From: an uncultured Candidatus Rokubacteria bacterium
Lineage (GTDB): Bacteria; Methylomirabilota; Methylomirabilia; Rokubacteriales; CSP1-6
Length of the DNA stretch: 64,000 nt
Direction: 5' to 3'
Assembly: GCA_963747235.1 (NCBI GenBank)
Contig: CAVVEU010000024.1
Span: forward strand, 64,001 to 128,000
Part shown: positions 30,302-40,131 of the stretch, one piece after another
Layout of the letters: each line of letters opens with the position of its first letter
Position numbering within the stretch: the stretch's first letter is position 1
The notes under the pieces: generated by a model
Seen by the model: the letters and a program-made list of their open reading frames with translations, nothing else
What the model was told of the DNA's origin: nothing
The model's database searches: none
Position numbers and translations under genes: made by a program

Positions 30302-31184
30302 ATGCAGCGCCGGGTCGTCTTCGACGGCAAGGTCCTGCCCTATCTGCTCCTGGCGCCGCAGCTCCTGATCACGCTCGTCTTCTTCTTCTGGCCGGCCGCG
30401 CAGGCGGTCTACTATTCGTTCCTGCTGCAGGACGCCTTCGGCCTGCGGCAGAACTTCGTCTGGTTCGATAACTACCGCGTCCTCCTCGCCGACCCGCTCT
30501 ACCGGGGGGCGGCGGCGCGCACGCTCGTCTTCACGCTCGCGGTCACCGTGCTGTCCATGGCGCCCGCGCTGCTGCTCGCGGTCATGGCCGACAAGCGCAT
30601 CCGCGGGGCCGCCGCCTACAAGACCCTGCTCATCTGGCCCTACGCGGTGGCGCCGGCGGTGGCGGCGGTGCTCTGGCTCTTCATCTTCCACCCGTCCATC
30701 GGGGTGCTCGGCCAGGCGGTGCGCCGGTGGGGCGTGCTCTGGGACTACAAGCTCAACGGCGTCCAGGCGATGTTCCTGGTGGTGCTCGCCGCGAGCTGGA
30801 AGCAGGTGAGCTACAACTTCCTCTTCTTCCTGGCCGGCCTGCAGTCCATCCAGAAGCCGGTGATCGAGGCCGCCGCCATCGACGGGGCCGGCCCCACCCG
30901 ACGCTTCTGGAGCATCATCTTCCCGCTGCTGTCTCCGACCACGTTCTTCCTCCTGGTCGTCAACATCGTGTACGTGTTCTTCGACACCTTCGGCGTCATC
31001 CACGCGCTGACCGCGCGGCGGGCCCGGCAAGGCCACCGAGACCCTCATCTACAAGGTCTACGTGGACGGGGTGGTCAACCTGGACCTGGGCGGCTCCTCG
31101 GCCCAGTCGGTCATCCTGATGATCTTCGTCATCGCGGTGACCGCGGTGCAGTTCCGCTACGTGGAGCGGCGGGTCCACTACTGA
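30302..31184 (+). CDS. ugpA: Glycerol-3-phosphate ABC permease (frameshift ~31014)
   Basis: [36 protein letters not shown]. Confidence 0.9.
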
Positions 31185-32035
31185 TGGTCGAGCGCAAGTC
31201 GCGCGCCGCCTGGCTGCCCCACGCGATCCTCCTGGCCGGGGTGATGATCTTCGCCTTCCCGATCTACACCGCGCTGATCGGCTCCACCCACGACGCGGCG
31301 ACCATCGGGCGCGGGGACCTGCCGCTCTACCCGGGCCCGCACGGGGTGGAGAACTACTCGCAGGCGTGGTCGCAGGGGAGCGGGGTGCGGGTGAAGGGCT
31401 CCCCGGTGGCGCGGATGATGGCCAACAGCTTCCTGATCGCGGTGGTCATCGCGGTGGGCAAGATCGCGGTGTCGCTGATCTCGGCCTACGCGGTGGTGTT
31501 CTTCGCGTTCCCGCTCCGCATGTTCTTCTTCTGGATGATCTTCATCACCTTGATGCTGCCGGTGGAGGTGCGGATCATCCCCACGTTCAAGGTGGTGTCC
31601 GATCTCCACCTCATCGACACCTTCGGCGGGCTCACCCTGCCCCTGATCGCCTCCGCCACCGCGACCCTGCTGTTCCGGCAGTTCTTCATGACCATCCCGG
31701 ACGAGCTGGTGGAGGCGGCCAAGATCGACGGGGCCGGCCCCCTGCGCTTCTTCCGCCACATCCTGCTGCCGCTGTCGCGGACCAACATCGCGGCCCTGTT
31801 CGTGATCCTCTTCCTCTACGGCTGGAACCAGTACCTCTGGCCGCTCCTCATCACGACCAGCAGCAGCATGAACACCATCGTCATCGGCATCACCAAGATG
31901 ATCGGCACCGGCGACGCGCAGACCGACTGGAACCTGATCATGGCCACCGCGATGCTCGCCATGCTGCCGCCGGTGACCGTCATCCTGCTCATGCAGCGGT
32001 GGTTCGTGAAGGGCCTGGTGGAGACCGAGAAGTGA
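31184..32035 (+). CDS. ugpE: Glycerol-3-phosphate ABC permease
   Basis: [41 protein letters not shown]. Confidence 0.92.
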   Translation: MVERKSRAAWLPHAILLAGVMIFAFPIYTALIGSTHDAATIGRGDLPLYPGPHGVENYSQAWSQGSGVRVKGSPVARMMANSFLIAVVIAVGKIAVSLISAYAVVFFAFPLRMFFFWMIFITLMLPVEVRIIPTFKVVSDLHLIDTFGGLTLPLIASATATLLFRQFFMTIPDELVEAAKIDGAGPLRFFRHILLPLSRTNIAALFVILFLYGWNQYLWPLLITTSSSMNTIVIGITKMIGTGDAQTDWNLIMATAMLAMLPPVTVILLMQRWFVKGLVETEK

Positions 32036-32865
32036 AGGGGCCGCTCCTGCTGGCCCTGGGCCTGGTCGCGGTCACCGCGGTGGTGGGCTCCGTCACCGCG
32101 GCCGCGCAGGGCATGATCGCCCCGCTCTTCGCCGCGCACCGGGGCGGCGCGCTGCTCTGGGCGGAGAACAGCCTGCTCGCGTTTCGCAACGCGCTGGCCC
32201 TGGGCGCCGACTTCCTCGAGCTCGACGTGCACCTGACGCGCGACGGCGAGGTGGTGGTGATCCACGACGCCACGCTCGAGCGCACCACCACCGGCACCGG
32301 CCCGGTGCGCGCGCGCACGCTCGCGGAGCTGCGGGCGGTGCGGCTCAAGGACCGCGACGGGGCGGTGCTCGAGGAGAGCGTGCCGACGCTGGACCAGGTG
32401 GTGGCGCTCGCGGTGCTGGGCAGGCGGCAGATGCTGCTCGAGATCAAGACCGACGAGCGGCGCCAGCGCTACCCGGGGATCGAGGAGAAGGTGTTCGCGG
32501 TGCTCGATCGCCACGGCTTCACCCCCTTCACGGTGGTGATGGCCTTCGAGAGCCGCGACGTGGCGCCGCGTGCGCCAGGTTCGCCCCGACGCCCGGGTGG
32601 CGGCGCTCTACTCGGCGCGCATGCTGCCTCCGCCCGCTACCCGTCGGGGCAGCTCGAGACGCTGCGCCAGGCCGGCGTGAGCTTCGTCGGGCTCGACCAG
32701 GCGCTCGTCACCGCCGAGGTGGCGAAGCAGGCGCGGCTGGCCGGCCTCACCCTCGGGGTGTGGACGGTGAACGAGCGCGCGGCCATCGCGCGCTTCATCG
32801 ACCAGGGCGTCGGCGTGGTCATCACCGATCGCCCGGATCTGGCCCAGGAGCTGCTCGGCCGGTGA
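32032..32865 (+). CDS. Glycerophosphodiester phosphodiesterase (GDPD) with signal peptide; probable compensating indels ~32550-32640
   Basis: [37 protein letters not shown]. Confidence 0.88.
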   Translation: MKGPLLLALGLVAVTAVVGSVTAAAQGMIAPLFAAHRGGALLWAENSLLAFRNALALGADFLELDVHLTRDGEVVVIHDATLERTTTGTGPVRARTLAELRAVRLKDRDGAVLEESVPTLDQVVALAVLGRRQMLLEIKTDERRQRYPGIEEKVFAVLDRHGFTPFTVVMAFESRDVAPRAPGSPRRPGGGALLGAHAASARYPSGQLETLRQAGVSFVGLDQALVTAEVAKQARLAGLTLGVWTVNERAAIARFIDQGVGVVITDRPDLAQELLGR

Positions 32866-34404
32866 GCGCGCGGCGCTTCGTCCTGGCGCTGGACCAGGGG
32901 ACGACCGGGTCCACCGCGCTCGTGATCGATCCGGACGGCGGCGTGCGGGCGCGCGGGTACGCGGAGCTGCCCCAGCATTACCCGCAGCCGGGCTGGGTGG
33001 AGCACGATCCGGGGCAGATCTGGGCCACCACCGTGCAGGCCCTCGGCCAGGCGATGGCCTCGGCCGGGATCACGCGGGCGGAGATCGCGGCGGTGGGCAT
33101 CACCAACCAGCGGGAGACGACCATCCTCTGGGAGCGCGCGTCCGGGCGCCCGGTGGGCAACGCCATCGTGTGGCAGTGCCGGCGCACCGCCGCGCTCTGC
33201 GACCGGCTGAAGGCCGACGGGGCCGAGCCCGAGATCCGGCGGAAGACCGGGCTCGTGGTGGACGCGTACTTCTCGGGCACGAAGATTCGCTGGATGCTCG
33301 ACCATGATCCGGCGCTGCGCCCGCGCGCGGAGCGCGGCGAGCTGTGCTTCGGGACGGTGGACTCGTGGCTGCTCTGGCAGCTCACCGGCGGCGCGGTGCA
33401 CGCGACCGATCCGTCGAATGCCTCGCGCACGCTCTGCTTCGACATCCATCGCCGCGCGTGGGACGAAGGGCTCTGCCGGATTCTCGGCGTGCCGATGGCG
33501 CTGCTGCCGGACGGTGAAGCCGTCAGCGGGCGTGTTCGGAGAAACCGCAGCTTGGCGAGGCGCAGCCGTAGGCGAGCCGAGCGGATACAGAGAGTCGTCG
33601 GGGCTGCCGGGCGGCATTCCGGTGGCGGGGATCGCGGGGGACCAGCAGGCCGCGCTGTTCGGCCAGGCCTGCGTCGAGCCCGGCATGGCCAAGAACACCT
33701 ACGGCACCGGCTGCTTCGCGCTCCTGAACACGGGCGAGCGCGCCGTCGCCTCCACTGAGGGCCTGCTCACCACGGTGGCGTGGACGGTGGAGGGGAGCAC
33801 CGCCTACGCGCTCGAGGGCGCGGTGTTCATCGCGGGCGCGGCCGTCCAGTGGCTGCGCGACGGCCTCGGCATCATCCGACAGGCCGCGGAGACGCAGGCG
33901 CTGGCCGAGTCCGTCCCGGACACGGGCGGCGTCTATCTCGTGCCCGCCTTCGTGGGGCTGGGCGCGCCCTACTGGGATCCCTATGCGCGGGGCACGCTGG
34001 TCGGCATCACGCGCGGCACCGGCCGCGCCCACCTGGCCCGCGCGGCGCTCGAGGCCATCGCCTACCAGAGCCGCGACGTGCTCGACACCATGAAGCGCGA
34101 GTCGGGCGTGCCGCTCACGTCGCTTCGAGTCGATGGCGGCGCATCGGCGAACGATTTTCTCTGCCAGTTCCAGGCCGACATGCTGGGAGTGGAGGTGCTG
34201 CGCCCGTCGGTGACGGAGACCACCGGGCTCGGCGCCGCCTACCTGGCCGGCGTGGGCGTGGGGCTCTGGAAGAGCCGGGAGCTGGCCACGCGCTGGAAGC
34301 TCGAACGGAAGTTCACCCCGACGATGTCCGACGGCGCGCGCGAGGCGGCCTACGGCGGCTGGCGCCGCGCGGTCGAGCGGTCGCTGCGGTGGGCGCAGCC
34401 GTAA
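32862..34404 (+). CDS. glpK: Glycerol kinase (frameshift ~33510; contains in-frame repeat insertion)
   Basis: [51 protein letters not shown]. Confidence 0.95.
33549..33594 (+). repeat. GA-hairpin dispersed repeat, copy 2 (in frame inside glpK)
   Basis: GCGAGGCGCAGCCGTAGGCGAGCCGAGC, encoding RGAAVGEPS. Confidence 0.8.
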
Positions 34405-34454
34405 ATGTCTCGCCAACCCCCCGTCACCATCGAACCCGCGCAGAGGAGAGACCC

Positions 34455-35780
34455 ATGAGTAACGGACGCGCTCCCTACCTGTACATCGTCCTCGCCTTCG
34501 CCGGCCTGCTCGGAGCCGCCGCTCCGTCCTTCGCCCAGCCGCAGCCGGTGAAGATCACCCTCTGGCACGCCATGGGCGGGGCGCGGTACGACGCCATCAC
34601 GAAAGACATCGCGGCGGGCTTCAACAAGGCCAACCCCAGCTACGCGGTGGAGCCGCTCTTCACCGGCAGCTACGCCGAGACAGTGACCAAGGCCATCGCG
34701 GCGATCCGGGCCGGCAATCCGCCCCACATCGTCCAGGTCTTCGAGGTCGGAACGCAGACCATGCTGGATTCCGGGGCGATCATCCCCGTGACCGAGATGG
34801 TGAAGCCGGGCGAGATCGATTTCGACGACTACATCGCGCCGATCCTGAACTACTACAAGGTGGGCGGCAAGCTCTACTCGATGCCCTTCAACTCGTCCAC
34901 CGCCATCATTTACTACAACAAGGAGGTCTTCCAGAAGGCGGGGCTCGACCCGAGCAAGCCGCCCGCGACCTTCAAGGACGTGGAGGAGATGGGCCGGAAG
35001 ATCGTGGCCTCCGGGGCCGCGCGGGCCGCCATCACCTTCGGCTGGCCCTCGTGGATGCTCGAGCAGTCCCACGCTCTCGCGAACCGGCTGTACGCCGATC
35101 ACGACAACGGCCGGAACGGCCGGGCGACCCGAGTGCTGTTCAACGAAGGCTTCGGTGTCGAGGTGCTGACCCGCTGGAAGCGCTGGGTCGACGAGAAGCT
35201 GCTGGCCTACGGAGGCCGCGAGTACGCTCCCAACAGGGCCTTCCTCTCCGGCGAGGTCGCGATGCTGATGCAGTCCACCTCCCAGGTGACCACGATCGAG
35301 AAGGCGGCGAAGTTCCCGGTGGGCACGGGTTTCCTCCCGCGCATCGAGGGCCAACCGGCGGGCAAGTCCGTCATCGGCGGCGCCTCGTTCTGGGTGCTCA
35401 AGGGCAAGGGCCGGACGCCCCAGGAGATCGACGCGATCGTCAAGTTCTTCAAGTTTGTCGCCGAGCCGCAGGAGACCGCGAAGTGGCACGAGGAGACGGG
35501 ATACTTTCCCGCGACCAGGACCGCCGTAGCCCTGCTGACCAGGCAGGGCTGGTTCATCCAGCATCCCAACCACGAGACCGCCTTCAAGCAAATCCAGGAG
35601 GGCCCGGACTCGCCCGCGACGCGGGGCGTGCTGCTCGGCAACTTCGTCCAGATTCGCAATATCACCGACACCGCGATCGAGAAGGCGCTGTCCGGCAAGC
35701 TCTCGCCGAAGGCGGCGCTGGACGAAGCCGCAGGGGAGGCCAACAAGTTACTGGACGAGTACAACCGGATCAACAAGTAG
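34455..35780 (+). CDS. Second UgpB-like ABC substrate-binding protein
   Basis: Signal peptide; GSYAETV..AGNPPHIVQVFEVGTQTM, SMPFNSST, GVLLGNF. Confidence 0.88.
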   Translation: MSNGRAPYLYIVLAFAGLLGAAAPSFAQPQPVKITLWHAMGGARYDAITKDIAAGFNKANPSYAVEPLFTGSYAETVTKAIAAIRAGNPPHIVQVFEVGTQTMLDSGAIIPVTEMVKPGEIDFDDYIAPILNYYKVGGKLYSMPFNSSTAIIYYNKEVFQKAGLDPSKPPATFKDVEEMGRKIVASGAARAAITFGWPSWMLEQSHALANRLYADHDNGRNGRATRVLFNEGFGVEVLTRWKRWVDEKLLAYGGREYAPNRAFLSGEVAMLMQSTSQVTTIEKAAKFPVGTGFLPRIEGQPAGKSVIGGASFWVLKGKGRTPQEIDAIVKFFKFVAEPQETAKWHEETGYFPATRTAVALLTRQGWFIQHPNHETAFKQIQEGPDSPATRGVLLGNFVQIRNITDTAIEKALSGKLSPKAALDEAAGEANKLLDEYNRINK

Positions 35781-35799
35781 CGGCGCCGGCCCGGCCACG

Positions 35800-36681
35800 A
35801 TGGAGGGGAGGTTCCCCAATCGCGTCCTGCCGTACCTCCTCCTCCTCCCCTCCGTCGCGGTGGTGCTGGTCTTCCTGGTCGTTCCCTCGATCCAGGCGCT
35901 CCGCCTGAGCCTCTTCGAGGTGTCACCCTTCACCGGACGCGGGACCTTCGTCGGCCTCGGCAACTTCCGCGAGCTGCTGGGCTCCGACGTGTACCGGCAC
36001 AGCCTGAGTGTGACCCTCGTGTTCGCGATGGCGGTGGTCACCGGGGGGATGTCGGTGGCGCTGGGGCTGGCGGTGCTGGCGAGCCAGCCGCTCCGAGGCC
36101 TCGGGATGTACCGGGTGGCCATCCTGTGGCCCTATGCGCTCTCGCCCGCAGTGGCCGGCACGATCTGGGCGCTGCTGTTCGACCCCTCGACGGGACCGGT
36201 GACGGTGCTGATTCGCGAGCTGACCGGCGCAAGCCCGAACTGGATGATGGACGGCGGGTACGCCCTGGCGGTCACGGTGGTGGCCGCCGCGTGGAAGATG
36301 CTGGGGTTCAACGTCGTGTTCTTCCTCGCCGGGCTCCAGGCGGTGCCGGCCGAGTTCCGGGAGGCCGCCCAGGTGGACGGGGCGGGCGCCCTCCGAGTGT
36401 TCTGGCGGATCACGTTCCCGATCCTTTCCCCGGTGACGTTCTTCCTCCTGGTGATGAACTCCCTCTACGCCTTCTTCGAGGTCTTCGGACTCATCGACGT
36501 GATGACCCAGGGCGGCCCCGGCGGAGCGACCGATCTGCTCATCTACCGTCTGTACCAGGACGCCTTCGTCTCCGCCCGCTGGGGCATTGGCTCGGCCCAG
36601 TCCATCCTGCTGTTCGTGATGGTGGGCGCGCTGACCGTGCTGCAGTTCCGCTTCGCGGGGCGCCGGGTCTTCTATGGTTAG
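35800..36681 (+). CDS. Carbohydrate ABC permease (UgpA-like)
   Basis: LPYLLLLPS, WKMLGFNVVFFLAGLQAV..EAAQVDGA. Confidence 0.88.
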   Translation: MEGRFPNRVLPYLLLLPSVAVVLVFLVVPSIQALRLSLFEVSPFTGRGTFVGLGNFRELLGSDVYRHSLSVTLVFAMAVVTGGMSVALGLAVLASQPLRGLGMYRVAILWPYALSPAVAGTIWALLFDPSTGPVTVLIRELTGASPNWMMDGGYALAVTVVAAAWKMLGFNVVFFLAGLQAVPAEFREAAQVDGAGALRVFWRITFPILSPVTFFLLVMNSLYAFFEVFGLIDVMTQGGPGGATDLLIYRLYQDAFVSARWGIGSAQSILLFVMVGALTVLQFRFAGRRVFYG

Positions 36682-37504
36682 ACGCCGCATCGCCTACGCG
36701 GTAACGGTGCACGCGCTCCTCGCCGTCGGGACGGCGGTCGCGGTGCTGCCCATCCTCTACGCGTTCCAGATCAGCACGCTCGGGTTCCAGGACGTCTTCG
36801 TCTTTCCGCCGCGGATTATGCCGGGCGACGCGTTCCTGGACAATCTGACCCGCGCCTGGGAGAAGGTGGGGCTGGGTCGCTTGCTCACCAACTCGCTCGC
36901 GATCTCGCTGGCCGTCGCGCTCGGCAAGCTCGTGCTCTCGGTGATGGCCGCGTTCGCCTTCACATATTTCGGGCGATTCCCCGGCAAGGGGATCTTCTTC
37001 GTCCTCATCCTGATCACCCACATGCTCCCCCTCCCGGTGCGCATCGTGCCCAGCTATCAGCTCATGCAGAGCTTCGACTGGATCAACTCGTACCAGGCCC
37101 TCACGGTGCCCTTCTTCGCCAGCGCCACCGGCACGCTGCTCTTCCGCCAGTTCTTCCTCACCATGCCGCCCGGGCTCTCCGAGGCCGCGCGGATCGACGG
37201 GGCCGGGCCGCTGCGGTTCCTGTTCCGCATCCTGCTGCCCCTGTCCGCGAACAACCTGGCCGCCCTGTTCATGGTGGAGTTCCTCTACATGTGGAACGAA
37301 TACCTGTGGCCGCTGATCATCACGAACTCGGACGACATGCGGGTCATCCAGGTGGGGATCAAGATGCTGGTGGCCACCGACGCGCAGGCCGAGTGGAACG
37401 TCATCATGGCCGGCGTCGTGGTCGCCATGGTCCCCCCACTGGTCGTCCTCGTCCTCCTGCAGCGGAGCTTCGTCCGCAGCATCGCGCTCGGCCAGGAAAA
37501 GTAG
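36674..37504 (+). CDS. Carbohydrate ABC permease (UgpE-like)
   Basis: [38 protein letters not shown]. Confidence 0.88.
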   Translation: MVRRRIAYAVTVHALLAVGTAVAVLPILYAFQISTLGFQDVFVFPPRIMPGDAFLDNLTRAWEKVGLGRLLTNSLAISLAVALGKLVLSVMAAFAFTYFGRFPGKGIFFVLILITHMLPLPVRIVPSYQLMQSFDWINSYQALTVPFFASATGTLLFRQFFLTMPPGLSEAARIDGAGPLRFLFRILLPLSANNLAALFMVEFLYMWNEYLWPLIITNSDDMRVIQVGIKMLVATDAQAEWNVIMAGVVVAMVPPLVVLVLLQRSFVRSIALGQEK

Positions 37505-37584
37505 CATTCCTCCGCTCTAGCTTGTGCTTTACCGACAGGGTTCGTTCGCTGGTTTCCTCAGAGTAATTGAGGGGTTGCGAGTTC

Positions 37585-37613
37585 TTGTCAGGCCTGGGGG
37601 CCTGTGATAGTGT
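37585..37613 (+). promoter_or_regulatory. Putative sigma70 promoter of the atp Fo operon
   Basis: TTGTCA-N17-TAGTGT with TG extension. Confidence 0.5.
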
Positions 37614-37623
37614 TCCTGTTCAC

Positions 37624-37860
37624 ATGGCTCCGGAGGAGAGGGGGCCGTCGCGGAGTCAGACCGCACAGCTCGTCAATCTGGGCACGCTGCTGTTCGCGTG
37701 CGTGGCCGTCGGGCTCGCGGCGGGCTACTTCGCGGATCGCTGGATCGGGACGAGCCCGTGGCTCTTGCTGATCGGCCTCGCATTGGGCATCGTGGCGGCC
37801 GGCGTGAACTTTTACAGGACCATCAAGACACTGAACGAGTCGAACCGCGATGACCGCTGA
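37624..37860 (+). CDS. AtpZ/AtpI-family (gene 1) ATP synthase accessory protein
   Basis: GYFADRWIGTSPWLLLIGLALG motif; position upstream of atpB. Confidence 0.85.
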   Translation: MAPEERGPSRSQTAQLVNLGTLLFACVAVGLAAGYFADRWIGTSPWLLLIGLALGIVAAGVNFYRTIKTLNESNRDDR

Positions 37861-38218
37861 TCTCGCCGCCCGCGTCACCTGGACGGGAGCCGCCACCGTG
37901 GCCGCCATGACGGCGGGCGCCTGGTGGCTGGCGGGCGTGCCCGCGGCGGCCGGCGTGAGCGGCGGCGGCGGCATCGCCATCGTGAACTTCCGGTGGCTGG
38001 CCCGCGACGTGGGCCGCGCCACCGCGCTGATCGCGGAGGGCTCCACCGGGATCGGCCGCATCAGCCGGGTGGGGCTGCGCCAGCTCTTCACCTTCGGCGC
38101 GCTCGGGGTGCTGGTGGCGCAGGGCTGGGCGCATCCGGTGGCGGTGGTGGTCGGCCTCGCGGCCCTGCCGCCGGTGCTGCTGGCCCAGGGCCTGCTCGAC
38201 GCGCGGAGAAACGCCTGA
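37850..38218 (+). CDS. atpI: ATP synthase subunit I
   Basis: 4-TM small protein with GGGIAIVNFRWL, directly before atpB. Confidence 0.7.
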   Translation: MTADLAARVTWTGAATVAAMTAGAWWLAGVPAAAGVSGGGGIAIVNFRWLARDVGRATALIAEGSTGIGRISRVGLRQLFTFGALGVLVAQGWAHPVAVVVGLAALPPVLLAQGLLDARRNA

Positions 38219-38219
38219 C

Positions 38220-38975
38220 ATGGAGCTGATCGAGCACCCCCCGATCCTGCACATCGCGGCCATCCCGGACCACATCCTCTATACGTGGATCGCGATGGCC
38301 ATCCTGGTCGTGGTGTCCTTCGTGGCCTCGCGGCGGGTGCAGCTCGTGCCGACCGGCAGCCAGAACTTCATGGAGATCGTCCTCGAGCAGTTCGTGAAGG
38401 AGCTGGACGAGACGATCGGGCACGACGGGCGGCGCTACCTGCCGCTGATCGCCACCCTCGGGCTCTTCATCCTGGTCTCGAACCTCATGGGGCTCGTGCC
38501 GGGGCTGGTCGCCCCCACCGCGAACCTCAACACCACCGCGGCGTGCGCCCTGATCGTGTTCGTGACCTATCACGTGATCGGCGTCCGCAAGCAGGGGTTC
38601 ATCCCGTACCTGAAGCACTTCGCGGGGCCGGTGCCCGCCGTGCTGAAGCCCCTGATGTTCGTGATCGAGATCATCAGCCATTGCGCCCGGCCGCTGTCGC
38701 TCTCGCTCCGCCTCTTCGGCAACATGATGGCCGGCCACATCCTCCTCGCCATCTTCTTCTTCATGATGGGCTTCGACGGGATGCTGGGCTGGGCCCTCCG
38801 CGGCTCGGTGGCGGGACTGGTGATCGGAGCGCCCGCCGCGCTGATCATGGTCGTGTTCGTCGTGGGCTTCCTGTTTCCCCTGAAGATCCTGGTCGCCTTC
38901 ATCCAGACCTTCATCTTCTGCAAGCTGGCCATGCTGTACATCGCGGCGGCGGTCGAGGAAGCCGAGCATCACTAG
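38220..38975 (+). CDS. atpB: F0 ATP synthase subunit a
   Basis: SNLMGLVP..PTANLN, RPLSLSLRLFGN, VAFIQTFIF. Confidence 0.95.
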   Translation: MELIEHPPILHIAAIPDHILYTWIAMAILVVVSFVASRRVQLVPTGSQNFMEIVLEQFVKELDETIGHDGRRYLPLIATLGLFILVSNLMGLVPGLVAPTANLNTTAACALIVFVTYHVIGVRKQGFIPYLKHFAGPVPAVLKPLMFVIEIISHCARPLSLSLRLFGNMMAGHILLAIFFFMMGFDGMLGWALRGSVAGLVIGAPAALIMVVFVVGFLFPLKILVAFIQTFIFCKLAMLYIAAAVEEAEHH

Positions 38976-39006
38976 GTCGCAGTCACCCTCAACAAGGAGG
39001 AGCGCC

Positions 39007-39324
39007 GTGCAACGCATTATCACCATGAGCATGATGGCGATTCTGGCAGTCCCGGGGATGGCCTGGGCCGCCGATGCCGCGGGTGGGGCCGACATGGCCA
39101 AGGCCTTCGCGGTACTGGCCGCGGGCCTGGGCTTCGGCCTGGCCGCGGGTCTCTGCGGTCTCGGTCAGGGCCGTGCGGCCGGGCAGGCGGTGGACGCGAT
39201 GGCGCGGCAGCCCGGCGCGATCGCCCGGATCCAGACCGCGATGCTGCTCGGTCTGGCCTTCATCGAGTCGCTCGTGCTGTTCGTGTTCGTCATCGCGGTC
39301 ATCCTGCTGTTCGTCAAGTCGTAA
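39007..39324 (+). CDS. atpE: F0 ATP synthase subunit c with N-terminal signal-like extension
   Basis: GLGQG, ARQP, AFIESL; AAGGAGG RBS. Confidence 0.93.
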   Translation: MQRIITMSMMAILAVPGMAWAADAAGGADMAKAFAVLAAGLGFGLAAGLCGLGQGRAAGQAVDAMARQPGAIARIQTAMLLGLAFIESLVLFVFVIAVILLFVKS

Positions 39325-39346
39325 GGTAGCGGCGCACTCGAAGATA

Positions 39347-39422
39347 CCGTCCCGGGGCCACGCCCCGGGACGGCACGCGGGCATTCCCGCGAGGCGGCCC
39401 CGACGGGCGCGGTGAGCGCCCG
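39347..39422 (+). other. Three consecutive perfect GC hairpins between atpE and rex
   Basis: 12-bp CCGTCCCGGGGC/GCCCCGGGACGG, 6-bp CGCGGG/CCCGCG, 7-bp CGGGCGC/GCGCCCG; no U-tract. Confidence 0.6.
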
Positions 39423-39431
39423 GGAACAAAC

Positions 39432-40082
39432 ATGGCGCGACGGTCACCGTTCAAGATTCCCCGGATCCCGGAGATGACGGTGCGCCGCCTGTCCGTCTAC
39501 ACGCGGAGTCTCCAGCAGCTGGAGGAGGATGGCGTCAAGACCATCTCCTCCCAGGAGCTGGCGGAGCGCTTCAGCCTCAACTCGGCCCAGGTCCGCAAGG
39601 ACCTCGCGTACTTCGGCGAGTTCGGGGTGCGCGGCATCGGCTACTACGTCTCCGGCCTCAAGGCCGAGCTGCAGCGCATCCTGGGGCTCGACCGGGAGTG
39701 GCAGGTGGCGCTCGTGGGCTTCGGCAACCTCGGCTCCGCCCTCTTCCACTACAAGGGGTTCGCCCGCCAGGGCTTCCGGATCTCGACGATCTTCGACGAG
39801 GATCCGGCCAAGTGGGGCAAGGCGGTGGACGGCGTCGTCATCCAGTCCATGGAGGACCTGCCGCGCGAGGCCAAGGCGCGCAATCTCCAGATCGCGATCG
39901 TGGCGGTGCCCGGGGAGTCCGCCCAGGTGGTCACCGAGAAGCTGGTGGCGGCCGGGATCAAGACCATCCTCAACTTCGCGCCGGGACGGATCAAGGCGGG
40001 CAAGGACGTCCGCCTGAAGAACGTGGACCTGGCCATCGAGCTGGAGACGCTCTCCTTCTATCTCGCCCAGGGCTCCCGGTAG
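39432..40082 (+). CDS. rex: Redox-sensing transcriptional repressor Rex
   Basis: TVRRLSVY, ISSQELA..SAQVRKDLAYFGEFGVRGIGY, VGFGNLG, ILNFAP. Confidence 0.95.
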   Translation: MARRSPFKIPRIPEMTVRRLSVYTRSLQQLEEDGVKTISSQELAERFSLNSAQVRKDLAYFGEFGVRGIGYYVSGLKAELQRILGLDREWQVALVGFGNLGSALFHYKGFARQGFRISTIFDEDPAKWGKAVDGVVIQSMEDLPREAKARNLQIAIVAVPGESAQVVTEKLVAAGIKTILNFAPGRIKAGKDVRLKNVDLAIELETLSFYLAQGSR

Positions 40083-40131
40083 TTTGACGCGGGTCGCCGC
40101 CGGTGGTACCTCTGATGTGCTGTCGTCCGTG

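Noticed and set aside
37500-37625. Possible Rex operator upstream of atp (TGTGA..TTCACA) or nuoL
   Set aside because: Half-site spacing does not fit TTGTGAA-N4-TTCACAA
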